This document shows positions 9,067 to 19,226 of a stretch of DNA of 64,000 nucleotides, in pieces. Location: the NCBI GenBank assembly GCA_963764625.1, contig CAVXTH010000001.1, forward strand, positions 64,001-128,000, written 5' to 3'. Made by a program: the position numbers and the translations under genes. The notes under the pieces were generated by a model. The model worked only from the letters and a program-made list of their open reading frames with translations. It had not been told where the DNA came from and did no database searches. The stretch is from Candidatus Krumholzibacteriota bacterium (GTDB lineage: Bacteria; Krumholzibacteriota; Krumholzibacteriia; JAJRXK01). The number at the start of each line of letters is the position of its first letter. The first letter of the stretch is position 1.

Positions 9067-10269
9067 CTAGCGCGGTCCGCCGGCTGCCAGACGGATGAGA
9101 TCCTGCGCCATCAGACTCTTTACCTCGGGGTCGCTTTCGCGTTGCAACGCGGCTTTCAGCTCGAAGGCGCCGGCCTGTCCCTCGAGCTGGGCGAGACACC
9201 AGCTGGCCGCCTCGCGCAGCACCGGCGAGGGATCGCGCAGGAGTTGGCGCGCCGGATCAATGCAATCGCTTCGCCTGAGGTTCGCGGCCACGATGAGCGC
9301 GTTGCGCAAGAGGCCCTCGCGGCGCGGGCGCCACAGGGGCGTGCTCTTGAAGCGGCGCCGGAATTCCTCCTCGTTCAAGAAGAGAAGCTCGGGGAGGGTA
9401 ATCCCGGTCACCGCCGCGCTCGGGTCGGTGAAGTCCTCCTCCGCTTGCTCTCTCTTTTGGCTCAGGGCGTGGTGCGCGATGGGACACGAGGTCTGGCAAA
9501 GATCGCAACCAAAGAGCCAGGCCCCCATCTTGTGCCGCAGCTCCCGCGGGATGGGGCCGCGGTGTTCGATCGTCAGGTACGAGATGCAGCGGCGGCTGTC
9601 CAGGACGCCCGGAGCCACGAAGGCGTCGGTGGGACAGGCCGGTTGGCAGGCGCGGCAGCTTCCGCACGAACCAAGCGAAGCGTCCTGGCTTACGAGCCCC
9701 GGCTTCAGTTCGAGGTCGGTGACCAGGACCCCTAAAAAGGCCCAGCTACCGTACTGCCCATTCAAGAGCAGTCCGTTCTTCCCGAGCCATCCCAGGCCCG
9801 CCGCCACCGCGAGTTGCCGTTCGAGCACCGGACCGGTGTCGACGTAGGCGTGCCGCTTCAAGGGCCGCGGGGCAAGAGCGGACTGGAGCCGGTTGCCCAA
9901 TTCCTGAAGGCGTTGCAGCAAAATGCGATGATAGTCCTGGCCACGCGCGTAGCTGGAAACGAAAGGGGCGAGGCCGTATTCGTCGTGCAGAGGAAGTGTG
10001 CGGGGAGGGTACGCCCGTGCCACCACGAGCACCGATTTCGCCCAGGGAAAGCGCCGCCGCAGATCGACGCGGACCTTGGACGAAGTCTCGAGCCACTTCA
10101 TCTGGGCGTGGTAGCCTGCCTCGAGCCACTTCCGCAAGCGCTCTTCCTCGCCGGCAAGGACGCACGGCGCCACCCCCAGCGCGGAGAAATCGCTGTCGCG
10201 GGCCAGCTGGTGCAGCAGGAGGCGCGTCGCCGCCTCATCGGGCGCAAAGCCGTCTCCCGTTGCGCTCAT
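9067..10269 (-). CDS. queG: Epoxyqueuosine reductase
   Basis: YARGQDYH, VDTGPVLER, CGSCRACQPACPT, CISYLTIE, FGCDLCQTSCP; start MSATG overlaps the upstream stop. Confidence 0.95.
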   Translation of the reverse strand: MSATGDGFAPDEAATRLLLHQLARDSDFSALGVAPCVLAGEEERLRKWLEAGYHAQMKWLETSSKVRVDLRRRFPWAKSVLVVARAYPPRTLPLHDEYGLAPFVSSYARGQDYHRILLQRLQELGNRLQSALAPRPLKRHAYVDTGPVLERQLAVAAGLGWLGKNGLLLNGQYGSWAFLGVLVTDLELKPGLVSQDASLGSCGSCRACQPACPTDAFVAPGVLDSRRCISYLTIEHRGPIPRELRHKMGAWLFGCDLCQTSCPIAHHALSQKREQAEEDFTDPSAAVTGITLPELLFLNEEEFRRRFKSTPLWRPRREGLLRNALIVAANLRRSDCIDPARQLLRDPSPVLREAASWCLAQLEGQAGAFELKAALQRESDPEVKSLMAQDLIRLAAGGPR

Positions 10270-10862
10270 CGCGCGCCGACTGGCCCCGCGATTCCGTGCT
10301 CGAGAATCCCCACCATGGTGCGGGCCAGTTCTTCGGGGGAACCGTCGCGCTTCGGCGAATACCAGGTATAAATCCAGTTGATCATTCCGAAGACCGAGAG
10401 CGTCGCGCGGCGGCGTTCCTCTTCGGACCACGATCCGTCGCTCAAGCGATCGATAACTTTCGAAACCGTCTGATAATACTCACGCTTCATGTCGTCGATA
10501 TGCTGCCGGTAGGCGCCGTCCAGAGAATTCGCCTCGTGACTCAGGACGCGCATCTCGGTGACGTTCTGGGTGAAGAACTCCAGGTGGTTGCGCACGATCT
10601 CCTCGAGTTGACGGCGCGGATCACTCACGCCTTGCAGACGCCCCTGCAGCCGATCCAGGACTTCGCGGAAGCAGAAACTCTGGATGGAGAAAAGGATTTC
10701 TTCCTTGCCCGAGAAATAGTGATACATCCCCGCGAGCGACATGCCGGTGACCTTGGCAATGTCGCGCATGGAAGCGTGATGATATCCCTTCTCACTGAAC
10801 ACCTTGGCGGCACCGCTCAATACCACGCGCGATTTTTCGTCGTGTTTCTTGGCTTGATCCAT
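10266..10862 (-). CDS. TetR family regulator (KstR2-like)
   Basis: FSEKGYHHASMRDIAK..LAGMYHYFSGKEEIL; GMINWIYTWY. Confidence 0.92.
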   Translation of the reverse strand: MDQAKKHDEKSRVVLSGAAKVFSEKGYHHASMRDIAKVTGMSLAGMYHYFSGKEEILFSIQSFCFREVLDRLQGRLQGVSDPRRQLEEIVRNHLEFFTQNVTEMRVLSHEANSLDGAYRQHIDDMKREYYQTVSKVIDRLSDGSWSEEERRRATLSVFGMINWIYTWYSPKRDGSPEELARTMVGILEHGIAGPVGAR

Positions 10863-10947
10863 GGCAGTCCATCCTCATGAAGACGCAGATTCGATCCGAC
10901 TCTCTCCCCCCGGCTCGGTGGCCGGCGCGGGCGCGCCCGCGCACGGG

Positions 10948-12408
10948 CTAGGCCGAGGGGTAGTTGGGCGCGCCCTTGGTGACCTGCACGTCATGGGGAT
11001 GACTCTCCCGCAGGCCAGCCGGGCTCACCCGTACGAATGTCGTATCTGATTTTAAGGTCTCCAAATCTTTTGCCCCGCAATACCCCATTCCGGCCCGCAG
11101 CCCGCCCACCAGCTGGTGGACCGTGTCGCGAAGGGCGCCCTTGAAGGCCACCCTGCCCTCGATCCCCTCGGGCACCAGCTTGGCCGGCTCGGTCTCGTCC
11201 TGGAAGTATCGGTCCCTGGAACCCTGCTGCATCGCTCCCACCGAGCCCATGCCGCGGTAGAGCTTGTAGCTGCGCCCTTCGTAGAGAACCAACTCGCCGG
11301 GGCTCTCCTGGGTGCCGGCCAAGAGGCTGCCGATCATCACGCTGTCGGCCCCGGCCGCCAGGGCCTTCACGATGTCGCCGCTGTACTTGATTCCCCCGTC
11401 CGCGATGAGGGGAATTCCGGCCGGGCCGCACACCTTGGCCACCTCCCAGATGGCGCTGATCTGGGGCACCCCGATGCCGGCCACCACGCGGGTGGTGCAG
11501 ATGCTGCCGGGCCCCATGCCCACTTTCACCGCGTCACAGCCGGTGTCCAGCAACGCGCGCGCCGCCTCTCCGGTCGCGATGTTGCCCACCACCAGGGGCA
11601 GATCGGGGTAGTGCTGCTTGATGAAGCGCGCCGCCTGGAGAATGTTGCGGCTGTGGCCATGCGCGGAATCGAGCGCGACCACGTCCACCGCGCGCTCGAC
11701 CAGCCGTTCCAGACGCTCCTCGAGGTGCGGATCGGCCCCCACCGCGGCACCGCAGCGCAGCCTCCCGGCCTCATCTTTGGAGCTGTTGGGGTAATCCAGC
11801 TTCTTCTGGATGTCCTTGATCGTGATGAGTCCGCACAGCATGCCCTTCCCGTCGACCACCGGCAGCTTCTCGATGCGCCCGGTATGGAGGATCCGAGCCG
11901 CTTCTTCGAGAGTGGTGCCCACCGGCGCGGTGATCAGATTCTCCCGGGTCATCACCGCCTCGATCGGTTGGTGGGGATCCTCCAGGAAGCGCAGGTCGCG
12001 GTTGGTCAGAATCCCCACCAGCTTGCCCTCGCGGGTGATGGGCACCCCGGAGATGCGAAACTTCCGCATGACTTCCAGGGCCTGGGTGACCTGGTCTTGG
12101 GGACTCAGGGTGATGGGCCGGGTGATCATCCCGCTCTCGCTGCGCTTCACCAGATCGACCTGACTGGCCTGCTCCTGCGGGTCCATGTTCTTGTGGATGA
12201 AGCCCAAGCCCCCCTGGCGGGCCATGGCGATGGCCAATTCCGCCTCGGTGACCGTGTCCATCGCGGCCGAGACCAGCGGGATTTCGAGGGTGATCTGCCG
12301 GGTAAGTCGGGTTTGCACTTTTGTTTCACGTGGCAGGACCTCGCTGTAGCGAGGAACCAGCAGCACGTCATCGAAGGTGAGCCCTTCTCCCTGAATTCTC
12401 TCGCTCAT
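10948..12408 (-). CDS. guaB: IMP dehydrogenase
   Basis: [20 protein letters not shown] pair, [15 protein letters not shown]. Confidence 0.98.
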   Translation of the reverse strand: MSERIQGEGLTFDDVLLVPRYSEVLPRETKVQTRLTRQITLEIPLVSAAMDTVTEAELAIAMARQGGLGFIHKNMDPQEQASQVDLVKRSESGMITRPITLSPQDQVTQALEVMRKFRISGVPITREGKLVGILTNRDLRFLEDPHQPIEAVMTRENLITAPVGTTLEEAARILHTGRIEKLPVVDGKGMLCGLITIKDIQKKLDYPNSSKDEAGRLRCGAAVGADPHLEERLERLVERAVDVVALDSAHGHSRNILQAARFIKQHYPDLPLVVGNIATGEAARALLDTGCDAVKVGMGPGSICTTRVVAGIGVPQISAIWEVAKVCGPAGIPLIADGGIKYSGDIVKALAAGADSVMIGSLLAGTQESPGELVLYEGRSYKLYRGMGSVGAMQQGSRDRYFQDETEPAKLVPEGIEGRVAFKGALRDTVHQLVGGLRAGMGYCGAKDLETLKSDTTFVRVSPAGLRESHPHDVQVTKGAPNYPSA

Positions 12409-12938
12409 GGTGTCGCCGCCTCCACCGCGGCCGAGAAAGTGGCGTGCACCGTGAGCCGTTGGCCCTCCGGCAGATCCGTGCCGGTTTCGTCCGTCTCGCG
12501 GGCGGGAAGAAAGAGGGTGCCTTCGACGCGCTCCGCGCTGGCCTTCTCGAAGACCAGGAGTCCGTCGCGGTCTCCGGCGCGAAAATCCTGCCGGGACTCG
12601 CCGGAACGCAGAGTCAGGTGACCGTGCCAGCAGCTCTTCTGCGAGTTGTTCACGGTATAACTCGCCTTGCGGACCGTGAGATCACCCGCGGTGCCGCTCA
12701 GGCTGAGGCTGCTCCCCCCTTCCACCTGAAATTCGAGGCTCAGGCGGGCATCGCTCGAAGAGGGCGGCACCGTCAACTGGGCGACCTCACCCTGGGCAGC
12801 GGAGATCAGGTCTCCGGTGATCGACCATTCCACCGAGTTCAAGGGCGGCGTGGGCGTCGAGACCGAGTCCTCCTCGTTCTTGCCGCAGGCCGCCAGGATC
12901 AAGACCAAGACGCCAACCAGAATTGCACGGGCGCGCAT
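12405..12938 (-). CDS. Hypothetical lipoprotein
   Basis: [26 protein letters not shown] lipobox; corresponds to the 3' part of ORF 12405..14816. Confidence 0.78.
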   Translation of the reverse strand: MRARAILVGVLVLILAACGKNEEDSVSTPTPPLNSVEWSITGDLISAAQGEVAQLTVPPSSSDARLSLEFQVEGGSSLSLSGTAGDLTVRKASYTVNNSQKSCWHGHLTLRSGESRQDFRAGDRDGLLVFEKASAERVEGTLFLPARETDETGTDLPEGQRLTVHATFSAAVEAATP

Positions 12939-12967
12939 GACAGATCCTTTCAACGGCCGCGCGCGGC

Positions 12968-14911
12968 TCAGGCGCGCGGATTCCCCAGGGACTTCTTCAG
13001 GAGCATCCACATCATCACCGCGAGTCCGGCCAATGAGAGCAGGTCGAGCCACCAGCCCCCCGAGATCCAGCTCTGCGGCATCCAGGGCATCGGGACGTGG
13101 GAGACGATGAGGATGGCGATGAGAATGCTCGCGATCGCCTCGCCGGCTACCAGGCCGCTGCCGAAGAGCAGGCCGCGGTGAATCGCCTTCTGTCGCATTT
13201 CTTCGTCGTCTCCGCGGCGCAGGGTGCGCGCCTCGACGTACTTGTAGACCCCGCCGCCGATGATGATGGGGAAGGTGACGGTCCAGGGGAGGTACATCCC
13301 CACCGCCAGCGGCATGGCGTAGAGGCGGAATTTGGTGTGGCGCGGCTCGAGGAAGATCGTGTCGATGAGAATCGCGGCCACTCCCACCAGCGCTCCGTAG
13401 GCCACCAGATTCCAGGGAATCTGCTGGCCACTGCCGAAGATTCCCCCCACCAGCTTCTCGAACATGACTCCCTGCGGCGCCTTGAGCGCCTCGACTCCGG
13501 CCCGCGCCGGCTCGCCGATGCCGTAGGCCTTCTGCAAAAGTGTCATGGTGGGCGCGATGATGAACGCGGGGACGATGGTTCCCAGAATCTCCCCGGTCTG
13601 CAGCGCGCGCGGCGTGGCGCCCACGATCTGGCCGATCTTCAGGTCCTGACAGATGTCGCCGCTGGTACTCGCGGCGCAGCAGACCACCCCGGCCACGCCC
13701 AGGGTGGCCAGCATCCCCGCCTTCCCGGTGTAGCCCAACACCAAAAGAAGTGCCGCCGTGAGCAGCACGGTACAGATGGTCATTCCCGAGACGGGGCTGT
13801 TGCTCGAGCCCACTAACCCCACGATGTAGGCCGCGACCGCCACGAAGAAGAAGGCCAGGACGAAGAGCAGTACTCCCGCGATCACCGCGGTGCTCAGACT
13901 CCGGGTCATCATCCAGTAGACTACGAAACTGAGCACGATGCTCAGAAGCAGAAGACCGAAGAGCGTCCGGCCGGTGATGCCGCGTTCGGTTCGCGGCAAC
14001 TTGGAGGTGTCCTCCAGCCCCATGACTCCTCGCAGCGCGGTGCGCAGCGCGTTGTTCATGCTCGGCGCGATCTTGACGATGGAGTAGATGCCGGCCACCA
14101 CCATGGCGCCGATTCCGAAGTAGCGGATCTGCGCGTCCCACACGTCCATCAGAACGGTGGTCGTGCCGCCGCTGAAGTCGAGACCGTTGGCCAAGAAGGG
14201 CAGGGCGCCCACGAAGGCCACCGCACCGCCCAGGAACACCAGAAGGGAAACTTCCCATCCCACGATGAAACCCACCGCCGCCAGCATGGGCGAAATGTCG
14301 GTGCCCACGTAGAAACCGGTTTTCGCCACTCTGAAGCCGACCTCGACGGTGCCCTTGAAGAGGCCGACCACCGAGACCAGGGCCTTGAACAGCATTCCCC
14401 AGCCCAGAGCGGCGAAGATGCCCCGCATTTCCTCGCCACCCCTGTCCCCCGCCTTGAGCACCTCGGCGCAGGCCACTCCCTCGGGAAAGACGAGTTCGGG
14501 CTGCTCGATGATCATGGGGCGGCGCAGCGGGATCATCATCACCACGCCCATCACTCCGCCAGAAATCGCGATGAGAGTGGTCTCCCAGTAGTTGAAATGA
14601 GTCCAGAGACCCAAGAGCACGATCGCGGGCACGGTGAAGATGATTCCCGCGGCCAGGCTCTCTCCGGAGGAGGCGATGGTGTGCACGACGTTGTTCTCGA
14701 GGATGGTGCCTCGTCGCAGAAGTCCGCGCAGGACTCCCATCGAGATGACCGAGGCGGGGATGGCCGCGCTGACCGTCATTCCGGCGTACAGGCCCACGTA
14801 GATGTTTGCGGCGCACATGATGACACTGAGAAGAAGACCCAGCCCCAGAGCGACGGCGGTCAGCTCCGGCAGGCTCTTCTCGGCCGGGATATAGGGACGG
14901 ATCTCACTCAA
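12968..14911 (-). CDS. OPT family oligopeptide/metal-chelate transporter
   Basis: ILENNVVHTIASSGESLAAG, FPEGVACAEVL, SNSPVSGMTI, DLKIGQIVGATP; many TM helices. Confidence 0.95.
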   Translation of the reverse strand: MSEIRPYIPAEKSLPELTAVALGLGLLLSVIMCAANIYVGLYAGMTVSAAIPASVISMGVLRGLLRRGTILENNVVHTIASSGESLAAGIIFTVPAIVLLGLWTHFNYWETTLIAISGGVMGVVMMIPLRRPMIIEQPELVFPEGVACAEVLKAGDRGGEEMRGIFAALGWGMLFKALVSVVGLFKGTVEVGFRVAKTGFYVGTDISPMLAAVGFIVGWEVSLLVFLGGAVAFVGALPFLANGLDFSGGTTTVLMDVWDAQIRYFGIGAMVVAGIYSIVKIAPSMNNALRTALRGVMGLEDTSKLPRTERGITGRTLFGLLLLSIVLSFVVYWMMTRSLSTAVIAGVLLFVLAFFFVAVAAYIVGLVGSSNSPVSGMTICTVLLTAALLLVLGYTGKAGMLATLGVAGVVCCAASTSGDICQDLKIGQIVGATPRALQTGEILGTIVPAFIIAPTMTLLQKAYGIGEPARAGVEALKAPQGVMFEKLVGGIFGSGQQIPWNLVAYGALVGVAAILIDTIFLEPRHTKFRLYAMPLAVGMYLPWTVTFPIIIGGGVYKYVEARTLRRGDDEEMRQKAIHRGLLFGSGLVAGEAIASILIAILIVSHVPMPWMPQSWISGGWWLDLLSLAGLAVMMWMLLKKSLGNPRA

Positions 14912-14954
14912 GATGAAACTCCGGATCAGAGGGAAAGCTGTGGATTTTGGCGAC

Positions 14955-15022
14955 CATGGGGATCATGAGGGTCATGGGGTAGTCATGAGGGTTATGGGGG
15001 TCATGAGGGTCATGGGGATCAC
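14955..15022. repeat. Imperfect 9-bp tandem repeat (CATGGGGAT/CATGAGGGT), about 7 units
   Basis: catggggat catgagggt catggggtagt catgagggt tatgggggt catgagggt catggggat seen directly. Confidence 0.85.
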
Positions 15023-15104
15023 GCCGAGTGTGCTGCTTCCGCCGCGGAAGTGCCATGACAAAATCAAGACGGGCGGAACGCGCGCGCGCGGGACCTTGCC
15101 GAGG

Positions 15105-15410
15105 CTACACCATCGGTTCGTGGTGCATGAACCAGCGCGCCACCATCACCGCGACCACGCCGACGATCCACAGCACGATCGCCAGAATTCCCAAGAGTCG
15201 CGCCCAGCGGATCTGATCCTCGCCCCGATAGCGGCCGGGAGCGGCGGCGAGGGCGCGCTGCGCGCGCGCGGCCAGAATGAAGCCCAGAATCGTCCCCAGC
15301 ACCGGCAGAGCGGAAAATCCCAGACCAGCGCACACGAGGGCCGCGATCGCGAGCCGGTGGATGGGAGGGGGGGCGGCCGGGATCTTGGATGCGGGTTCGG
15401 GGTCCGGCAT
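15105..15410 (-). CDS. DUF4190-like small membrane protein
   Basis: LAIAALVCAGLG..G.ILG..A and ARLLGILAIVL pattern; start MPDPEP. Confidence 0.72.
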   Translation of the reverse strand: MPDPEPASKIPAAPPPIHRLAIAALVCAGLGFSALPVLGTILGFILAARAQRALAAAPGRYRGEDQIRWARLLGILAIVLWIVGVVAVMVARWFMHHEPMV

Positions 15411-16072
15411 CAGTCTCGCCTCTTCAATTCGTCCAGCGCCGCCCGCCCGGGTCTCAATGAAAATCGATCGCGGGTGCGACAGTAGTCGTAGCCGCCCATG
15501 CGGCCCACGAAATCCAGTCGCTTCGGGTCGAGAGTGAAGTTCTCGTCCATCAGCCCCTCTTCGAGATGGATGCACACCACCCTGCCGATCACGACGTTGC
15601 CTCCCGAGGGGGCGCCGGGGTGCATGCGAATCACCTGCTGCGTTTCACACTCGAAGGCCAGAGGCGACCGGGCGACGCGGGGTGGAGCCACCACCGTGCT
15701 CGCTTCCTCTTTCAATCCCGCGAGCTCGAACTCGCTCTCTCCGGGGGGAAGGGGCTCGGCGCTCGCCACGACTCGATGAATGTAGGCATCGAGCGCGACG
15801 TTCACCACGAATTCGCCCCTCCCGCCCTCGCTCTTGGGTTTGCAGTTGCGCAGAGTGTCTTTCTCTGCCCCCTCCGCGTCGTTGGCGGGACAAAAGAGCA
15901 GGCTCATCGGCTCTCCGCCGACCCCGCTGAAGAACGAGAACGGCGCCAGATTCGGCCGGCCCTCGAGCGAAAGGGTGGAGACGAGAGCGATGGGACGCGG
16001 CGCGATGCCCTGGATCAGCAGTTTGTAACGCTGGCGAAGCTCGAGATCTCGGGGAAGGAGGGATCGACTCAT
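15410..16072 (-). CDS. Flavin reductase family protein
   Basis: IAPRPIALVST..NLAPFSFF..KDTLRN..EFVVN..VGRMGG. Confidence 0.9.
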   Translation of the reverse strand: MSRSLLPRDLELRQRYKLLIQGIAPRPIALVSTLSLEGRPNLAPFSFFSGVGGEPMSLLFCPANDAEGAEKDTLRNCKPKSEGGRGEFVVNVALDAYIHRVVASAEPLPPGESEFELAGLKEEASTVVAPPRVARSPLAFECETQQVIRMHPGAPSGGNVVIGRVVCIHLEEGLMDENFTLDPKRLDFVGRMGGYDYCRTRDRFSLRPGRAALDELKRRD

Positions 16073-16168
16073 GATTTTTCTCCAAGCTTGAAAGCGAGGC
16101 CCGTAGTATCTGGACCCAACGACATTCCTGTCCACTCCCAAGCTAAGCGCACGGGGAAGAAGCGCACC

Positions 16169-16867
16169 GTGAACTCGAGCTGCGACCGCCTCATCATCTT
16201 CGACATCGACGGCACTCTGCTCTTGAGCGGACCGGTCGCGCGCGAACTCTTTCTGAGAGCCTTCGAGGAGGTCTTCGAGGTCACGGCGGATCCGCGCGAT
16301 CTCTCCTTCGCCGGACGCTGTGATCGGGGTGTAGTCTCCCTCCTCTTGCAGCGAGCCAACGCGAGCCAGAAACTGCCAGCCTCATTTTCCCGCTTCGCCC
16401 GACGCTACGCGTCCCTGATGCGCGAGGTGTATCCCACAGCGAAGGGGCCGCATCTCTTGCCAGGAGTGAAGGAGCTTCTCCTCGCGCTGCGCGAGGACCC
16501 CTCGGTCCTACTCCTGATCGGAAGCGGGAACCTGCCGGAGACCGCGAGAGTGAAGCTCGCGCGATTCGGTTTGGACTCTTTCTTTGAGCACGGCGTCTAC
16601 GGAGATCACCACGAGGAACGGACCGCACTCTTCGCCGCTGCCCTCACGCTCGCGCGCGAAACGCTGGGTTGGAGCGGCGCCAGGGAGCGAGCGTGGGTCG
16701 TGGGAGACACCGTCAGCGACGTCGAGGCGGCCCGCGAAGTGGGAATCAAGAGTCTTGCGGTCGCGACCGGTCCCACCGCCGCCGAAGACCTGCGGCGCGC
16801 GCGGCCCGACGCTCTCTTCGCCGATCTCTCTTCCCTAGAAGATGTCATCGGCGCGCTCGTCGCCTGA
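16169..16867 (+). CDS. HAD family hydrolase (phosphoglycolate phosphatase-like)
   Basis: FDIDGTLL motif I, VVGDTVSD motif IV, AVATG. Confidence 0.9.
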   Translation: MNSSCDRLIIFDIDGTLLLSGPVARELFLRAFEEVFEVTADPRDLSFAGRCDRGVVSLLLQRANASQKLPASFSRFARRYASLMREVYPTAKGPHLLPGVKELLLALREDPSVLLLIGSGNLPETARVKLARFGLDSFFEHGVYGDHHEERTALFAAALTLARETLGWSGARERAWVVGDTVSDVEAAREVGIKSLAVATGPTAAEDLRRARPDALFADLSSLEDVIGALVA

Positions 16868-18214
16868 TTCCTTCTCGACCTTGCGAACGGGACGGCTCCC
16901 GCCCGCCGGGGGGGAGGGGCGCGCCGGTTCGCGCGGGACCTCGTGAACGTGCACGTCGCGCTGCGGGAAGGGAATCACGATGCCGGCTTCCTCGAGCTTG
17001 TACCAGATGGCAAAGAGGAGCTGGCTGCGCACCTTGGGCTCGAGCATCTCGTCGTTCAGCCACACTCTCAGTTCGAAATCGAGCGAGGACTCTCCGAACT
17101 CGCGAAACAGGACCCGAGGTTTCGGCCGCCGCAGGAGAACCTCGTTCTCTTGGGCCACTTCCAGGAGTACTTGCTCGACTTGTCGCGGATCGGACCGGTA
17201 GCTCACGCCCACCGGAATGTCGATGCGCACCTCGGAATCGCTCAGGCTGTAATTGGTCACCGGATTGGCGACCAGCGTCTTGTTGGGCACCACGATCTCG
17301 TGACCGCTGCGGTTGCGCACCACCGAGCTGCGCAGTCCGATGCGCAAGACCTTGGCCACCCCCCCTTCCATCGAGACGATGTCCCCGCGCTTGATCGTGC
17401 GCTCGAAGAGCAGGATCAGACCGCTGGCGAAATTCTGCACCAGATCCTGCAATCCGAATCCGATTCCCACCCCGAGAGCGCCCAGACCGATCTGCAGAGT
17501 GCCCAGATCGAAACCGATGGTATCGAGAGCCACCATCACGCCGACCACTACCAGCACGTAGCGCAACACTGTGCCCAGCGCCTCGCTCAGCGGACGGTCC
17601 ATCCCCATTCTCGGGAGCACCCGACTGCCCAGAAGTTCTCCCAACAGGCCCGCCCCACCCACGAAGATCAGCATGAAGAAAATGCCCAAAAGAATCGAGA
17701 GCAGTGAGACGTCGTGGCTGGCGAGGTGGAACAGAGGCCGGTTGAGCCAGGTCACGAAGCCGCCCAAGACGCCGATCTGCTGCAACACGGTCAAAAAGAA
17801 AAGCGCCGGCAGAACCACGAAGCGAATCCGGGCGTTGCGCCGTTCATCCGAGACGAGGATGCGCGACAGAGCGCTGATGGCTCGAAAGAGCAGAAAGAAC
17901 CCGAGCACCGGCAACACCCGGTTCTCACTCAGTTCCACCGCCGGCACGTAGGTACGAATGAACCAGTCCATCAAGGCGAGGATCGATATGGCGAGAAGCG
18001 GCCAGATCGCGACGTGGACCAACGTCATCAGCACGAGTTTCACGCTACGGCGGGTCGCTAGCTCGCTCTCGATGCGGCGGCGCAGGGGACGACCGAACAG
18101 GCGCGCGAGAGGATAGGTGAGGAGCGTGAGCAAGAGAAGGATGCCCAATTCGCGCACCCAGTTCGCCTGGGAGAGATCGGCTATGGCCTGCACGTTCAAG
18201 AACGAGTTCTCCAT
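16835..18214 (-). CDS. MscS family mechanosensitive channel
   Basis: GALGVGIGFGLQDLVQNFASGLILLFE, VPN, FGESSLDFEL, IPFPQRD. Confidence 0.93.
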   Translation of the reverse strand: MENSFLNVQAIADLSQANWVRELGILLLLTLLTYPLARLFGRPLRRRIESELATRRSVKLVLMTLVHVAIWPLLAISILALMDWFIRTYVPAVELSENRVLPVLGFFLLFRAISALSRILVSDERRNARIRFVVLPALFFLTVLQQIGVLGGFVTWLNRPLFHLASHDVSLLSILLGIFFMLIFVGGAGLLGELLGSRVLPRMGMDRPLSEALGTVLRYVLVVVGVMVALDTIGFDLGTLQIGLGALGVGIGFGLQDLVQNFASGLILLFERTIKRGDIVSMEGGVAKVLRIGLRSSVVRNRSGHEIVVPNKTLVANPVTNYSLSDSEVRIDIPVGVSYRSDPRQVEQVLLEVAQENEVLLRRPKPRVLFREFGESSLDFELRVWLNDEMLEPKVRSQLLFAIWYKLEEAGIVIPFPQRDVHVHEVPREPARPSPPAGGSRPVRKVEKESGDERADDIF

Positions 18215-18222
18215 GAGATTCG

Positions 18223-19036
18223 TCAGCGTCCGAAGCGAGATTTGAGAACGCCGAAACTCGGCGTCTCGACCGCCACCCCGATCGCATCGGCCTGCACTCG
18301 CACCACGACATCGAAGAGGATGATGTTATTCGGGGACGAGGGGCAAGCCAACGCGTCGGTGGTCCCGTAGAGGAAGAGACCGCCGCCGGCTACCATCGAG
18401 CAGAACGCTGCAGAAGTCCGTGCCGTTGAAGCACGAGGGCGTACTATCCCCCGCGGGATAGATGGCCTTACCCACCGCGGCGTTGGGATCGGACAGCAAC
18501 ACCATGAGCGAGTTGTTGGTGTGGATGTTCAAGGAGCTGAGGTCGACGTCGTAGGTGTCCCCGGTGATTCCGGGATTGGTCGGGATGGTGACGTCCGCTC
18601 CCGCGACGAATTCCAGTTGGTCGGCGCCGGCCGCCTGCCAGAAATCGACCGCAATCGTGCCCGGGTAGTCGGCGCCACCGTCGAACACGGCAAAGGTGAC
18701 ACTCTGGATGTCGAGCGAATCGGCGTTCGCCTGAGGCGCGTAGATAGTGCCTGCAGCGTCGAGAGGGTTCAGGATCAGGGTGTTCTCGGCGCTGGGGACT
18801 CCGTCATTTCCGCAGTTCAGCGCTCTGAGGTCGGCGGGAAGCGCGGGCGCGGCCATGGGTGGTAACACCGGTTCCTTCGAGAGGCGCGCGCGCGCCTCGG
18901 GGTGCATCTGCGTCAGCGCGGGAATGCGGGCGGCCGGGGTGGTGCGCAGCCTCACTCCGCTGGGTTCGTGGGCGAGAGCTGGTGCCGTCAAGAAAACGAG
19001 CGAGATGAAGAGTAGCACGATCGGGGACTTGCGCAT
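18223..19036 (-). CDS. Secreted hypothetical protein, frameshifted near 18390
   Basis: Signal peptide MRKSPIVLL..ALA; the shifted frame continues GGGLFLYG..VAVETPSFGVLKSRFGR* to a stop at 18223. Confidence 0.65.
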
Positions 19037-19226
19037 GATTCGACTCCAGTTGACGGCGCCTGTAGTCCCGGGGCGCGCGAAGTGCCCCGGAACTTGAGTG
19101 TAGTGACTTTAGGCTTCTCAGGGCAAGCGCGCATGCTCGCCCCGAGATTGATGTGAACGGGGCATCGTGCTAGCCTCTGAACTCCAGCTTGGCGCCCCTC
19201 CTTCGATGGACGGACCTGACCGACTC

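Noticed and set aside
12939-14816. Long Arg/Gly-rich N-terminal part of the 803-aa ORF
   Set aside because: Alternate frame of the OPT gene; only the last 177 aa (lipoprotein) look real.
14955-15022. Repeat as a CRISPR array
   Set aside because: 9-bp tandem units without spacers and no cas genes.
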